Shown here: piece after piece, positions 32,154 to 42,517 of the stretch | Layout: every line of letters starts with the position of its first letter | How positions within the stretch are numbered: position 1 is the stretch's first letter | DNA from: Alphaproteobacteria bacterium | GTDB lineage: Bacteria; Pseudomonadota; Alphaproteobacteria; UBA6615 | Direction of reading: 5' to 3' | DNA: 64,000 nt | Assembly: GCA_050246875.1 (NCBI GenBank) | Contig: JBFWVF010000012.1 | Location: 11,375 to 75,374 of the forward strand | Position numbers and translations under genes: made by a program | Notes under the pieces: generated by a model | The model's input: the letters and a program-made list of their open reading frames with translations, nothing else | Database searches by the model: none | What the model was told of the DNA's origin: nothing

Positions 32154-33217
32154 CCGATTTCGGCCTGTTCGGCCTGCTCGGCCGACGCGACCGCGACAAG
32201 GACATCGGCGCCGTCATCCGCGAGGCGACGGAGCACGCCCGCCTCGGCGAGCAGGCGGGATTCTCGACCGCCTGGTTCGCCGAGCACCATTTCTCCAACT
32301 ACTCGCTCACCGTCTCGCCGCTGATGATGGTGGCGCACCTCGCGGCGGTGACGAAGACCATCCGGCTCGGCACCTCGGTCGTGCTCGGCTGCCTCTACCA
32401 ACCGGCGCGCCTCATCGGCGAGGTCGCCTTCGCCGACCAGATGAGCGGCGGCCGCCTCGTCCTCGGCGTCGGCTCCGGCTACCAGGCACAGGAATTGGTG
32501 CGCTTCGGCGTCACCCTCGAGCAGTCGCGCGAGATGACGACGGAGATGCTGGAGATCCTCGACCGCGGCCTGTCGACCGGCTTCATCGAGTACGCGGGCA
32601 AGCACTTCAGCTTTCCCGCCACCGAACTGTCGGTGCTGCCGGCGCAGCGGCCGCGGCCGCCGATCTGGTTCGCCGGCAACAGCCCCGAATCCTGCGCCAT
32701 CGCCGCCAACAACGACTACACGCTGTTCGCCTCCGGCTTCGGCCGGCCGGTCGACACGCTGGTGCAGGTGCGGCGCGACGCCGAGTCGTCGTGGCGCGCC
32801 GCCGGCCACGACCCGGCGAAGATGCGCCTCGCCATCCTGCGCTACGGCTTCGTCACCGACAGCAAGGCCGAGGCGCTGGCCTACGCCGAGAACGCCCGCT
32901 ACCAGCTCCGCCAGTCGCGCTACCTGCGCCAGGGCCAGACGGCGCTGCCCGGCGCCTTCCTGCCCGAGGAGGGCTTCTCCGGCGAGATGTCGCCCGAGGA
33001 CATCCTCGCCAACAACCCCATCGGCGACGCGGAGATGGTGGCCGAGAAGCTCGCCGCCGAGGTCGCCGCGACGCAGGCCGTGCATATCGGCCTCTACATG
33101 AGCGTGGGTCGTGCCAGCCACGCCGCCGTGCTGAAGTCGATCGAGACGTTCGGCAGCAAGGTGCTGCCGGCGCTGGAGAAGGCGAAAGTCGCCCGGCCCT
33201 CGGTGGCGGCCGGCTGA
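32150..33217 (+). CDS. LLM class flavin-dependent oxidoreductase, copy 2
   Basis: WFAEHHFSNY, GRLVLGVGSGY; same length as copy 1 (1068 nt). Confidence 0.9.
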   Translation: MTDFGLFGLLGRRDRDKDIGAVIREATEHARLGEQAGFSTAWFAEHHFSNYSLTVSPLMMVAHLAAVTKTIRLGTSVVLGCLYQPARLIGEVAFADQMSGGRLVLGVGSGYQAQELVRFGVTLEQSREMTTEMLEILDRGLSTGFIEYAGKHFSFPATELSVLPAQRPRPPIWFAGNSPESCAIAANNDYTLFASGFGRPVDTLVQVRRDAESSWRAAGHDPAKMRLAILRYGFVTDSKAEALAYAENARYQLRQSRYLRQGQTALPGAFLPEEGFSGEMSPEDILANNPIGDAEMVAEKLAAEVAATQAVHIGLYMSVGRASHAAVLKSIETFGSKVLPALEKAKVARPSVAAG

Positions 33218-33229
33218 GGGAGCGGACGC

Positions 33230-34024
33230 ATGGACGTCGTCGCGCGCGGCATCAGGTTCAACGTCGAGCTGGCCGGCCCCGAGGGCGCGCCGTGGCTGAC
33301 CTTCTGCAACTCGCTCAACACCTCGCTGCCGCTGTGGGACGACCAGATTCCCGCATTCGCCGACCGCTATCGCACCTTGCGCTATGATCGTCGCGGCCAC
33401 GGTAAGAGCGCGACGCCGCCCGGTCCCTACGCGCTCGAGGACTTCGCCGACGACATAGTGGCCATCTGGGACGCGCTCGGCATCCGCAAGAGCCACTTCG
33501 TCGGCCTGTCGATCGGCGGCATGACCGGGCAGGCGCTGGCGCTGAAGCACCCGGAACGCGTCAACGGGCTGGTGCTGGCCTGCACGCGCGCCGAGACCGA
33601 CGAGACCTTCCGCGCCTTCGCCCACAAGCAGATCTCGATCGCCGAGACCGACGGGCCACGGGCGCTGTCTGAGATCATGCCGGCGCGCTGGTTCACCCCC
33701 GACGCGCAGCGCGACCGGCCCGAGGTCATCGCCCGCGCCAAGGAGCTGACCCGCGCGACGACCCGCGACGGCTACATCGCCTGCGCCCGCGCCATGCTGC
33801 CGCTCGACTATCTCGAGCGGCTGCGCGACGTGAAGCTGCCGACGCTGCTGATCGCCGCGGCGCAGGACATCGGCACGCCGGCCGCCGGCATGCGCGAGAT
33901 GCACAAGCGCATGCCGCACGCCGAGTACGTCGAGATCGACCCGTCCGGCCACCTCGTCAACATGCAACAACCGGCGGCGTTCAATCGCGCGCTGGCGGCT
34001 TTCCTCGACCGGCTGCCGCGCTGA
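33230..34024 (+). CDS. 3-oxoadipate enol-lactonase-like alpha/beta hydrolase
   Basis: NSLNT, YDRRGHGKS, GLSIGG nucleophile elbow, C-terminal His. Confidence 0.8.
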   Translation: MDVVARGIRFNVELAGPEGAPWLTFCNSLNTSLPLWDDQIPAFADRYRTLRYDRRGHGKSATPPGPYALEDFADDIVAIWDALGIRKSHFVGLSIGGMTGQALALKHPERVNGLVLACTRAETDETFRAFAHKQISIAETDGPRALSEIMPARWFTPDAQRDRPEVIARAKELTRATTRDGYIACARAMLPLDYLERLRDVKLPTLLIAAAQDIGTPAAGMREMHKRMPHAEYVEIDPSGHLVNMQQPAAFNRALAAFLDRLPR

Positions 34025-35600
34025 GCGCCGGCCGGCGGTCGTTCCAGACCAGGCTGTAGAGGTCGTAGCGGCGGTCGCGGAGGTTGCGGACCGCGCCGCC
34101 CGACCGTGCCGTCCGCAAATCCGACAGGCGCAAATCGGCGAAGGCGATGGTCTCGGTGTTGGGCGCGGTGTCGGCGGCGATGCCGTCGCGCGCGAAGGCC
34201 ACGTCGCAGGGCGTGATGATGCAGCTTTCGGCGTAGTGCACGTCCATGTTCTCGACGTTCGGCAGGTTGCCGACGACGCCCGACATGACGACGTAGCACT
34301 GGTTCTCGATCGCCCGCGCGTGGCAGCAGTAGCGCACGCGCATGTAGCCGCGCCGCTCGTCGGTGCAGAACGGCACGAAGAGGATCATCGCGCCCTGGTC
34401 GACGAGGTGGCGCGCCAGCTCGGGAAACTCGGCGTCGTAGCAGAGCAGCACGCCGACCGGGCCGCAGTCGGTGTTGATGACATCGACCGCATCGCCGCCG
34501 ACGATGTTCCACCAGTAGCGCTCGTCCGGCGTCGGGTGGATCTTCTCCTGGCGATGACTGGTGCCGTCGCGCAGGAACACGAAGGCGGTGTTGCGGATGC
34601 CGCCGTCGGCATCCCGCGTCGGATGCGAGCCGGCAACGATGTTGATATTGTACCGCATCGCCAGCGGCTGCACGAAACTCTCGAACCACTCCGTGTAGCT
34701 CGTCACCTTGGCGACGCCGTCGTCGGGCGGCAGCGGCTTTGGCTCGAGCGACAGCAGCTGCAGGGTGAACAGCTCGGGAAAGACGACGAAGTCGCAGCGG
34801 TAGTCCGAGGCGACGTCGACGAAGTACTCGATCTGGGCGCCGAACTCCTCGACCCGGGAGATGCCGCGCATCTGGAACTGCACGGTGGCCACGCGCACGC
34901 GGTCCGGCGGCCCCAGCGCCGACTCGCCGTCGGCGCGATCCTCCGGCCCGACATAGAGCGGATTGCGCCAGACCATGTGAGTGGCGTGGCCGCCCGAGGG
35001 GCCATCAGCGGGATCGTAGTCGGCGAGCACGCCGATCGACTCGAAGCCGTTGGCGAGGTGGAAGCGGATGGCCGCGTCGGCCACCTGCCGGCCCGCCACC
35101 GCCGCCAGATAGTCGGCGGGGTCCGGGAAGCTGCGGCGGCGGCGCGCATAGCCCGGCATCCGCCCGCCGAAGACGATGCCCTTGAGGCGCAGCTCCTGGC
35201 ACAGGCGCTTGCGGGTGTCGTAGAGGCGCTGGCCGATGCGCAGGCGGCGGAAGTCCGGATCGACGCTGATCTCCATGCCGTAGAGAAAGTCGCCGTGGGG
35301 ATCGTGCCGCGAGGCGAGACCGCCGCCGCTGATCTCGCCCAGCGTGTGCGGCGCGAGAGCGACATCGCCGTCGATCATGAAGGTGGCGCAGTGCCCGACG
35401 ATGTCGCCGCCATAGTCGGCGACGAACTGGCCGTCGGGGAAATTGTTGATCTGCGCCCTCACCTGGCGCTGCGTGTGCCAGGGGTGGGGGGCGTAGATCT
35501 TGCGGCTCAGCGCCGCGATGGCCGGCACGTCGGCCAACCGTGCCGGGCGGATCAGCAGCTTGCTCTGGTCCGCACCCGTCGTCCTGCCGCGCGATGCGAT
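33981..35600 (-). CDS. GNAT acetyltransferase + carbon-nitrogen hydrolase fusion (start probably non-canonical ATC at 35600; first canonical start TTG 35537)
   Basis: N-terminal GNAT (FPDGQFVA, RRLRIGQRLY); nitrilase triad FPE, EKIH, CYDAEFPE. Confidence 0.88.
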   Translation of the reverse strand: MASRGRTTGADQSKLLIRPARLADVPAIAALSRKIYAPHPWHTQRQVRAQINNFPDGQFVADYGGDIVGHCATFMIDGDVALAPHTLGEISGGGLASRHDPHGDFLYGMEISVDPDFRRLRIGQRLYDTRKRLCQELRLKGIVFGGRMPGYARRRRSFPDPADYLAAVAGRQVADAAIRFHLANGFESIGVLADYDPADGPSGGHATHMVWRNPLYVGPEDRADGESALGPPDRVRVATVQFQMRGISRVEEFGAQIEYFVDVASDYRCDFVVFPELFTLQLLSLEPKPLPPDDGVAKVTSYTEWFESFVQPLAMRYNINIVAGSHPTRDADGGIRNTAFVFLRDGTSHRQEKIHPTPDERYWWNIVGGDAVDVINTDCGPVGVLLCYDAEFPELARHLVDQGAMILFVPFCTDERRGYMRVRYCCHARAIENQCYVVMSGVVGNLPNVENMDVHYAESCIITPCDVAFARDGIAADTAPNTETIAFADLRLSDLRTARSGGAVRNLRDRRYDLYSLVWNDRRPALSAAAGRGKPPARD

Positions 35601-35759
35601 GGCGCACCTCCTTCTGCCTGCGAGGGGCCCGGCGAGGCCCGCGCAAGGCTATAGCCGGCCGGACGGCGCTCGACCACCCCGATCGGCCGGTGGGCGGCAG
35701 CCGGCTTGGCGGATGTGCCGCGCATCGCTACGCTCCCGGGCCCTGGGGAGGAAAAGAAA

Positions 35760-38141
35760 ATGGCGGACTCCGCGCACGACCGCATCCTCGAGCGGCCCGA
35801 CAGCCTCATCGGCAAGCCGCTGCCGCGCCCCAACGCCCGCCGCCTCGTCACCGGCCGTGGCCGCTATGCCGACGACGTGAAGCTGCCGCGCATGGTGCAT
35901 GCGGCCTACCTCCGCTCGCCCTACGCCCACGCCCGCATCAAGGCCATCGACACCGCCGCCGCCCGCGCCATGCCCGGCGTCACGCACGTCTTCACCGGCA
36001 AGGACCTCGCCGCCGTCTGCAAGCCGTGGGTCGGCGTGCTCAACCACCTCAAGGGCCTGAAGTCGAGCACGCAGTACCCGATGGCGATCGATCGCGCCTG
36101 CTGGCAGGGCGAGCCGGTGGCCGCCGTGCTGGCGGCAAGCCGCGCCGAGGCCGAGGACGCGGCCGAAGCCATCGTCGTCGACTGGGAAGTGCTGCCGGCC
36201 TTCACCGACCCGGCGGCGGCGGCCGAGCCGGGCTCGCCGGTCCTCCACCCCGAGCTCGGCGACAACATCGCGCTGGAGGCCCGCCACGACCACGGCGACT
36301 GGGACCGTGCCGTGGCGGAGGCCGCCACCGTCGTCGAGCACAGCTACACCTTCGGCCGCCATACCGGGGTGACGCCCGAGCCGCGCGGCATCCTCGCCGA
36401 CTACAACGCCGCCGAGCACCGCCTGACGTGCTACCACTCGCACCAGGCGCCGCACATGGTCCAGGACCTGTTCGCCCGCCACCTCGACATCCCGAGCAAG
36501 AACGTCCGCATCGTCTGCGGCGACGTCGGCGGCGCCTACGGCATCAAGGGCCACCTCTACCCGGACGAGATCGGCACCGCGGCCCTGTCGCTGCTGGCGA
36601 AGCGTCCCGTCAAGTTCATCGCCGACCGCATGGAAGGCTTCGCCACCGACATCCATTCCCGCGATCACATCGTTCACGGCAAGCTGGCGATGGCCGGCGA
36701 CGGCACCATCCTCGGCTACTGGCTCGACGACCTCGCCGGCGTCGGCCCTTACTCGATGTATCCGCGCACCAGCGCCGTCGAGGCGCTGCAGGTGCTCAAC
36801 TACACGGGCGGGCCCTACAAGCATAAGACCTACCGCGCTCGCACGCGGGTGGTGTTCCAGAACAAGACGCCGATGAGCCAGTACCGCGCCGTCGGCCATC
36901 CCGTCGCCACGGCGGTCACCGAGACGCTGGTGGAATCGGCGGCCCGCGCGCTCGGGCTCGACCCCATCGACGTGCGGCGGAAGAACGTCATCCCCGACGA
37001 CGCGCATCCGAGCAGGAGCCTCACCGGTGTCCACTTCGAGGGCCTGTCGCACGAGAAGTCGATCGACCGCCTGATGGCGATGATGGACTATGGCAAGCTG
37101 CGCGCCGAGCAGGCGCGGCTGCGCGAGAAAGGCATCTATCGCGGCCTCGGCTTCGCCGCGCTGATCGAACTGACCAATCCCGGCGCCGCCACCTACGGCC
37201 AGGGCGGCGCGCGCATCTCTTCGCAGGACGGCGCCGCCGCGCGGCTCGACCCGTCCGGGCTCGTCATCGTGCAGGCGTCGATCACCGAGCAGGGCCAGGG
37301 TTCCGACACGGTGATCGCGCAGATCGCCGCCTCGGCCTTCGGCACGACCATGGACCGCGTGCGCGTCGTCACCGGCGACACCGACAACGTGCCGGTCGGC
37401 TGGGGCGCCGGCGGCTCGGGCGGCGCCGGCATCGCCGGCGAGGCCACGTTGCGCGCCGCCAAGGCACTGCGCCACAACGTCGTCGCGGTGGCGGGCGCAC
37501 TGCTGCAGGCCGATCCGTCCGGGCTCGACATCCGCGGCGGCAACATTGTCGATGCGGCGACCGGCAACGAGCGCATGCCGCTCGCCGAAGTGGCGCGCAT
37601 CGCCTGGTTCCGCCCCGACACGCTGCCCGAGGGCTTCCAGGCCGAGCCGATGGCCACACGCCACTACGTGCCGCGCGAATACCCGGCCGCCTTCACCAAC
37701 AGCTTCCACGGCGTGCAGGTCGAAGTCGACGTCGAGACCGGCTTCGTGCGCGTGCTCGACTACTGGGGCGTCGAGGATTGCGGCACCGTCATCAACTCCC
37801 TGCTGGTCGACGAGCAGATGCGGGGCGCGACGGTCACCGGCCTCGGCATGGCGCTGTTCGAGGAATGCCGCTACGACTCCGACGGCAACCTGACGAACGC
37901 CACCATGGCCGACTACCTGGTGCCGATGGCCGCCGAGATGCCGGAGATCGCCGTCGGCCACGTCTCGACGCCGACGCTCGAGTCCGAACTCGGCGCCAAG
38001 GGCGCCGGCGAGGCGGGCACGGCCGGCGCGCCGGGCGCCGTGCTCAACGCCGTCAACGATGCCCTGGCGCCGCTCGGCGCCGTGGTCACGTCGACGCCGA
38101 TCACGCCCGCGCGCGTGCTGGCAGCGCTCGGCAAGGCGTGA
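35760..38141 (+). CDS. Xanthine dehydrogenase family molybdopterin-binding large subunit
   Basis: RSPYAHARI, DVGGAYGIK, QYRAVGHP, GAKGAGEAG; clear paralogue of 17679-20072. Confidence 0.92.
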   Translation: MADSAHDRILERPDSLIGKPLPRPNARRLVTGRGRYADDVKLPRMVHAAYLRSPYAHARIKAIDTAAARAMPGVTHVFTGKDLAAVCKPWVGVLNHLKGLKSSTQYPMAIDRACWQGEPVAAVLAASRAEAEDAAEAIVVDWEVLPAFTDPAAAAEPGSPVLHPELGDNIALEARHDHGDWDRAVAEAATVVEHSYTFGRHTGVTPEPRGILADYNAAEHRLTCYHSHQAPHMVQDLFARHLDIPSKNVRIVCGDVGGAYGIKGHLYPDEIGTAALSLLAKRPVKFIADRMEGFATDIHSRDHIVHGKLAMAGDGTILGYWLDDLAGVGPYSMYPRTSAVEALQVLNYTGGPYKHKTYRARTRVVFQNKTPMSQYRAVGHPVATAVTETLVESAARALGLDPIDVRRKNVIPDDAHPSRSLTGVHFEGLSHEKSIDRLMAMMDYGKLRAEQARLREKGIYRGLGFAALIELTNPGAATYGQGGARISSQDGAAARLDPSGLVIVQASITEQGQGSDTVIAQIAASAFGTTMDRVRVVTGDTDNVPVGWGAGGSGGAGIAGEATLRAAKALRHNVVAVAGALLQADPSGLDIRGGNIVDAATGNERMPLAEVARIAWFRPDTLPEGFQAEPMATRHYVPREYPAAFTNSFHGVQVEVDVETGFVRVLDYWGVEDCGTVINSLLVDEQMRGATVTGLGMALFEECRYDSDGNLTNATMADYLVPMAAEMPEIAVGHVSTPTLESELGAKGAGEAGTAGAPGAVLNAVNDALAPLGAVVTSTPITPARVLAALGKA

Positions 38142-38254
38142 CCGCCCGGTTTGCCCCGCCGGCACAGGATATGGGGCACGAACGGTTCGGCTTGACCGGC
38201 AGCCGGGACCGAACGACCTTCCGGCCGAAACAAGGTGCCGTCACGGAGGACGCC

Positions 38255-38947
38255 ATGCCCGCCGTCGAGATCATCAGTGCCTCGACCTGCCCCTACGCCC
38301 AGCGCACGAGGCTCGCGCTGGCCGAGAAGGGCATCGCGCACACCGTCACCGAGGTCGATCTCGAGAACAAGCCGGACTGGTTCCGCGCCGTGTCGCCCTA
38401 CGGCAAGGTGCCGGTGCTGCGCCACGGCGAGACGGTGATCTGGGAATCCTCGGTCATCAACGAGTACCTCGAGGAGGAGTTTCCCGAGCCGCCGCTGCTG
38501 CCGCGCGCGCCGGCCGCGCGTGCCCAGGCGCGCATCTGGATCGACTACGCCAACGTCCGCTTCGCCCCCTTCGTCTACAAGCTGCTACTCGCCCAGTCGC
38601 CAGCCGACCGCGCCGAGCGCGCCCGGCTGCTGCGCGAGTCGCTGCTGTTCATCGAGCGCGAGGCCCTGGCGAAGCGCAAGGAGGGGCCGTGGTTCCTCGG
38701 CCGCCGCCTGTCGCTGGTCGACCTCACCTTCTTCCCGCATTTCGAGCGCCTGCCGGCCGTCGCCCACTATCGCGGCTTCGAGATTCCCGAGGAGTGCGCC
38801 AACATCCGCGCCTGGCTCGCCGCGATGCTCGAACGCCCGTCGGTCGCGGCGCTGCACCAGCCCGATTTCGTCTACATTCGCAACTGGCGCAAGTACGCCG
38901 ACGATTCCGGCACCGGCGTCACGGCCGAGGAGATGCGCCGCTTCTAG
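38255..38947 (+). CDS. Glutathione S-transferase family protein
   Basis: CPYAQR, SPYGKVPVL, ESSVINEYLEE, SLVDL. Confidence 0.92.
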   Translation: MPAVEIISASTCPYAQRTRLALAEKGIAHTVTEVDLENKPDWFRAVSPYGKVPVLRHGETVIWESSVINEYLEEEFPEPPLLPRAPAARAQARIWIDYANVRFAPFVYKLLLAQSPADRAERARLLRESLLFIEREALAKRKEGPWFLGRRLSLVDLTFFPHFERLPAVAHYRGFEIPEECANIRAWLAAMLERPSVAALHQPDFVYIRNWRKYADDSGTGVTAEEMRRF

Positions 38948-38954
38948 GCCCGCC

Positions 38955-39287
38955 TCACCGCCCGGCCAGCGGCGCCATGCCGGGCACCGGCGACGGCACC
39001 AGGATCTTCGCTTCCTGCGACTGCATCAGCGGGCGGATGCGCGCCAGATGCGCCTGCCAGTCGGGCCGCGCTACGTTGGCGCCACGCACCGCCTCGCGTT
39101 CGGCCATGTCGGCGTACTTCCAGAAATGGATGACCTGGTTGAGCGGTCCCAGTTCCGTCTGGAAGTAGCCGAGCAGGTGGTCGCGTAGGCGCGGGTCCTG
39201 CGCCACAAGCCCGCCCTCCTCGTAGGCGCGCCAGTATTCGCCGAGCTTGCCCGGATGGAGGGTGTAGGTACGCAGTTCGAAGATCAT
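38955..39287 (-). CDS. NIPSNAP family protein
   Basis: MIFELRTYTLHPG, TELGPLNQVIHFW, ERxxxR. Confidence 0.88.
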   Translation of the reverse strand: MIFELRTYTLHPGKLGEYWRAYEEGGLVAQDPRLRDHLLGYFQTELGPLNQVIHFWKYADMAEREAVRGANVARPDWQAHLARIRPLMQSQEAKILVPSPVPGMAPLAGR

Positions 39288-39381
39288 GGCGGCAGGCCTC
39301 CCGCGGCCGGATGTGCCGGCGACGGGACACCGGCCGCGCCGCGCGCCGGCGGCGCGGCGCGGCCGGATCGGCCTCGGACTG

Positions 39382-40686
39382 TCAGCCGAAGGCGAGCTTC
39401 GGCAGGAACAGCGCCAGTTCGGGCACGGCGACCAGCAGCACGACAAAGGCCAGCGTGACCAGCACGAACGGCGTCACGCCCATGAAGATGTCCTGCAGCG
39501 GCACCTCGGGCGCCATGTTCTGCATGACGTAGACGTTGATGCCGACTGGCGGCGTGATCAGCGCCAGTTCCGTCATGATGACGACGAAGATGCCGAACCA
39601 CACCGGGTCGAAGCCCATCGCCTCCATCACCGGAAAGACGAAGGGGATGGTGAGGATCAGCATGCCCCAGACATCGAGCACCGCGCCGAGAACGAGGTAC
39701 ATGCAGACGAACAGCGCCAGCACGACGTACTTGCTGAGGCCGGCGTCGGTGATGGCGCCGATGATGCTGTCGGTGAAGTGCGTGACGACGAGGAAGGCGC
39801 CGATGATGTGGCCGGCGACGATGACGGCGAAAATCATGGCGCTGGTGTAGGCGCTGTCGAGCAGGGCCTGCCGCAGCCCCGGCCAGCGCAGCCGGCCCAT
39901 CACGCCGGCCACCAGCAGCACGCCGGACACGCCGATACCGGCCGCCTCGCTGGGCGTGAAGACGCCAAAGTAGATGCCGCCGAGCACGATGGAAAAGATG
40001 GCGATGATCGGCAGCAGCTTGCCGAGCGAGTCGAAACGTTCCGACCAGCTATGCGCGGGGCCGACCGGGCCCATCTCCGGATTGATGATGCAACGCACCC
40101 AGATATAGGCGGCATACATCAGCGCCAGCAGGATGCCCGGCACGATGCCGGCGATGAACAGATGCCCGATCGAGGTTTCCGTCCAGATGCCGTAGGCGAC
40201 CATGATGACGCTCGGCGGAATCAGGATGGCGAGCGTGCCGGCCGACGCGATGGCGCCGGTGGCCAGCTTGGGGTCGTAGCGGTAGCGTCGCATCTCCGGC
40301 ATCGACATCGGCGCGATGGTCGCGACCGCGGCAACGCTCGAGCCGGTGACGGCGCCGAAGCCGGCGCAGCCGGCGACGGACGTGATCGCCAGCCCGCCGG
40401 GCAGGCGCCCGAACCACTTCTCGACGCAGTCGTAGAGATCGACCGCTATCCTTGTGTGATAGACGAGCTGCCCCATCAGGATGAACAGCGGGATCGCCAC
40501 CAGCGTGAACGAGCTGCCGCGCTCGATGGCGTTCATGGAGATCTGGCTCATCGCCGGCACGAGGCCGACCATGACCCAGGTACCGCCGATGCCGACGATG
40601 GCCATGGAGAAGGCGATCGGCACGCCGATGGCGATCAGCGCCAGCATGATGGCGATGCCGATCCAGCCGATGGTCTGCGGATCCAT
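39382..40686 (-). CDS. TRAP transporter large permease (DctM)
   Basis: AIPLFILMG, GSSVA, GTLAILIPPS, ITPPVGIN. Confidence 0.93.
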   Translation of the reverse strand: MDPQTIGWIGIAIMLALIAIGVPIAFSMAIVGIGGTWVMVGLVPAMSQISMNAIERGSSFTLVAIPLFILMGQLVYHTRIAVDLYDCVEKWFGRLPGGLAITSVAGCAGFGAVTGSSVAAVATIAPMSMPEMRRYRYDPKLATGAIASAGTLAILIPPSVIMVAYGIWTETSIGHLFIAGIVPGILLALMYAAYIWVRCIINPEMGPVGPAHSWSERFDSLGKLLPIIAIFSIVLGGIYFGVFTPSEAAGIGVSGVLLVAGVMGRLRWPGLRQALLDSAYTSAMIFAVIVAGHIIGAFLVVTHFTDSIIGAITDAGLSKYVVLALFVCMYLVLGAVLDVWGMLILTIPFVFPVMEAMGFDPVWFGIFVVIMTELALITPPVGINVYVMQNMAPEVPLQDIFMGVTPFVLVTLAFVVLLVAVPELALFLPKLAFG

Positions 40687-40688
40687 GC

Positions 40689-41225
40689 TCAGGCCCTCTC
40701 GCCAGCGTTGTCACCGGCGGCGATGCGTGCATCCGGGTCGCCGCTGTGCGAACCGACGCGATCCGGGCCGAGGATCAGGACGACGACGAACATGACGCTC
40801 ATGAGGGCGCCGGCCACGCCGACGAAGGCATAGACCAGCGCGGTCGGAAAGCTGATGTAGTCGGACGCCTCGCCGACCGCGATCATGCGCGGAATTTCGC
40901 CGAACACGCGCCACGTCAGCAGCACCGAGAAGAACAGGCCGGCGAGGCACCACACGAGGTTGGCGGCGTAGCGCGCCGCGCCGCGCAACTTGCGATGGAT
41001 CAGTTCCATGCGAATGTGGCCGCCGTGCCGCGTGACGAACGGCAGGCTGGCGAAGAAGATCCACAGCAGCAGGATCTCGTTGGCCTCGATCGACCACACG
41101 ATGGGGTCGTTGAGGAGATAGCGAAGGCCGACATCGACCGTGATGATCGCCGTCAGCATCGGAATGAGTATGAGGGCTCCGAACCGGTGCAACAGCGTGA
41201 CGACGCCGTCGACGAGCCTGAGCAT
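40689..41225 (-). CDS. TRAP transporter small permease (DctQ)
   Basis: DVGLRY...WSIE, GHIRME, 4 TM segments, between dctP and dctM. Confidence 0.88.
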   Translation of the reverse strand: MLRLVDGVVTLLHRFGALILIPMLTAIITVDVGLRYLLNDPIVWSIEANEILLLWIFFASLPFVTRHGGHIRMELIHRKLRGAARYAANLVWCLAGLFFSVLLTWRVFGEIPRMIAVGEASDYISFPTALVYAFVGVAGALMSVMFVVVLILGPDRVGSHSGDPDARIAAGDNAGERA

Positions 41226-41356
41226 GACGAACTCCCTCCCCCGGACACTGTCCCCCGCGACCGCGCCTCTTGCGGGCGTCCGCGCGGGTGTCGCGGGCAT
41301 GCCGGCGGTCGCCCGCGCCCAAGCGCGCGGACGACCGCCCGGACCCGCTGCCGAAG

Positions 41357-42517
41357 CTACTTGCCGACGATGCCCTGGACCGGCTGGGTGACCGCCTGCC
41401 GCATGATCGCCTTCCAGTCCATCTTCTCGTACTTGGCGATGGCGGCGTTCATGTCGGCCAGCACGGCCTTGCCCGGCTTGCCGTCCTTCTCGAGGCCGGC
41501 GACGTACTCGCCGTCGATGTCGGCGACGGCCTTCTGCCAGACCGCGAACTCCTCCTTCGTCGGGCGGATCAGCTCGACGCCCTTGGCCTTGAAGGCGTTC
41601 AGCGCGGTCTCGCCCTCGGGTTCGTAGAATCCCTGCGCCATGTACGCGGCGTAGCCCTGCATGAAGTCCGCGACGACCTTCTTCAGGTCGGCCGGCAGCG
41701 CGTCGAACCACTTCGGCCCAAGACAGTATTCGAGGTCGACGGCGAACAGGCTGACCGCCGAGTGATACTTGCTGATCTCGTGCAGCTTGAAGGTCTGCAG
41801 CGCCGGGTCGTTCATGGCGACGCCGTCGACCACGCCGCGCTGCAGCGAGGTGTAGGCCTCGGCCGACGGCACGTTGACCGCGATGCCGCCGAGCGCCTGC
41901 ATGATCTGCGCCTGGATGCCCGCCGACAGGCGCACCTTCACGCCCTTGAAGTCGGCGATGGTGCGCAGCGGCTTGCTGCCGATGACGTTGTACGGCGGTG
42001 TGACGGTGAGACGGCCGGCATAGACGCCCTGCTGGTCGAACTCCTTCTTGAAGTACTTGGGATAGAGTTCGTTGAACACCGCGGTGCCGATCACCGAATT
42101 CTCGAACTTGAACGGCAGGGTGAGCATCTGCGTCAGGGAGAAGCTCTTCGGCTCGTAGATCGAGAAGCAGGCCGTGTAGTCGGCGATGCCGTCGCGCGCC
42201 GCCGTAAAGCCCTGGCGCTGCGGGTGCAGGGACTCGCCGGGATAGGTCTCGAAGACGATCTTGCCCTTGGTGATGGTCTCCAGCCGCTTGAGGCCGGTGA
42301 TCATCGCCTTCTCGAGCGGCGCCGTCGCCGCGACGTAGGAGGCATAGCGCAGCTTGATCGGCTCGCCGGTGTAGGTGACCGTGAACTTCTCGTAGTCGAG
42401 CTTGCCTTCGAGCCAAGCCTGCCCGTCGCCCTGCATCTCGGCGGCCGAAGCCGCCCCGCCCGCCAGCGTCAGCGTCGCCACAGCGGCCGCCAGAACCCAG
42501 TTCGGTGCCTTCGTCAT
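41357..42517 (-). CDS. TRAP transporter substrate-binding protein (DctP)
   Basis: Signal peptide, DFKGVKVR, EAYTSLQRGVVDG. Confidence 0.9.
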   Translation of the reverse strand: MTKAPNWVLAAAVATLTLAGGAASAAEMQGDGQAWLEGKLDYEKFTVTYTGEPIKLRYASYVAATAPLEKAMITGLKRLETITKGKIVFETYPGESLHPQRQGFTAARDGIADYTACFSIYEPKSFSLTQMLTLPFKFENSVIGTAVFNELYPKYFKKEFDQQGVYAGRLTVTPPYNVIGSKPLRTIADFKGVKVRLSAGIQAQIMQALGGIAVNVPSAEAYTSLQRGVVDGVAMNDPALQTFKLHEISKYHSAVSLFAVDLEYCLGPKWFDALPADLKKVVADFMQGYAAYMAQGFYEPEGETALNAFKAKGVELIRPTKEEFAVWQKAVADIDGEYVAGLEKDGKPGKAVLADMNAAIAKYEKMDWKAIMRQAVTQPVQGIVGK

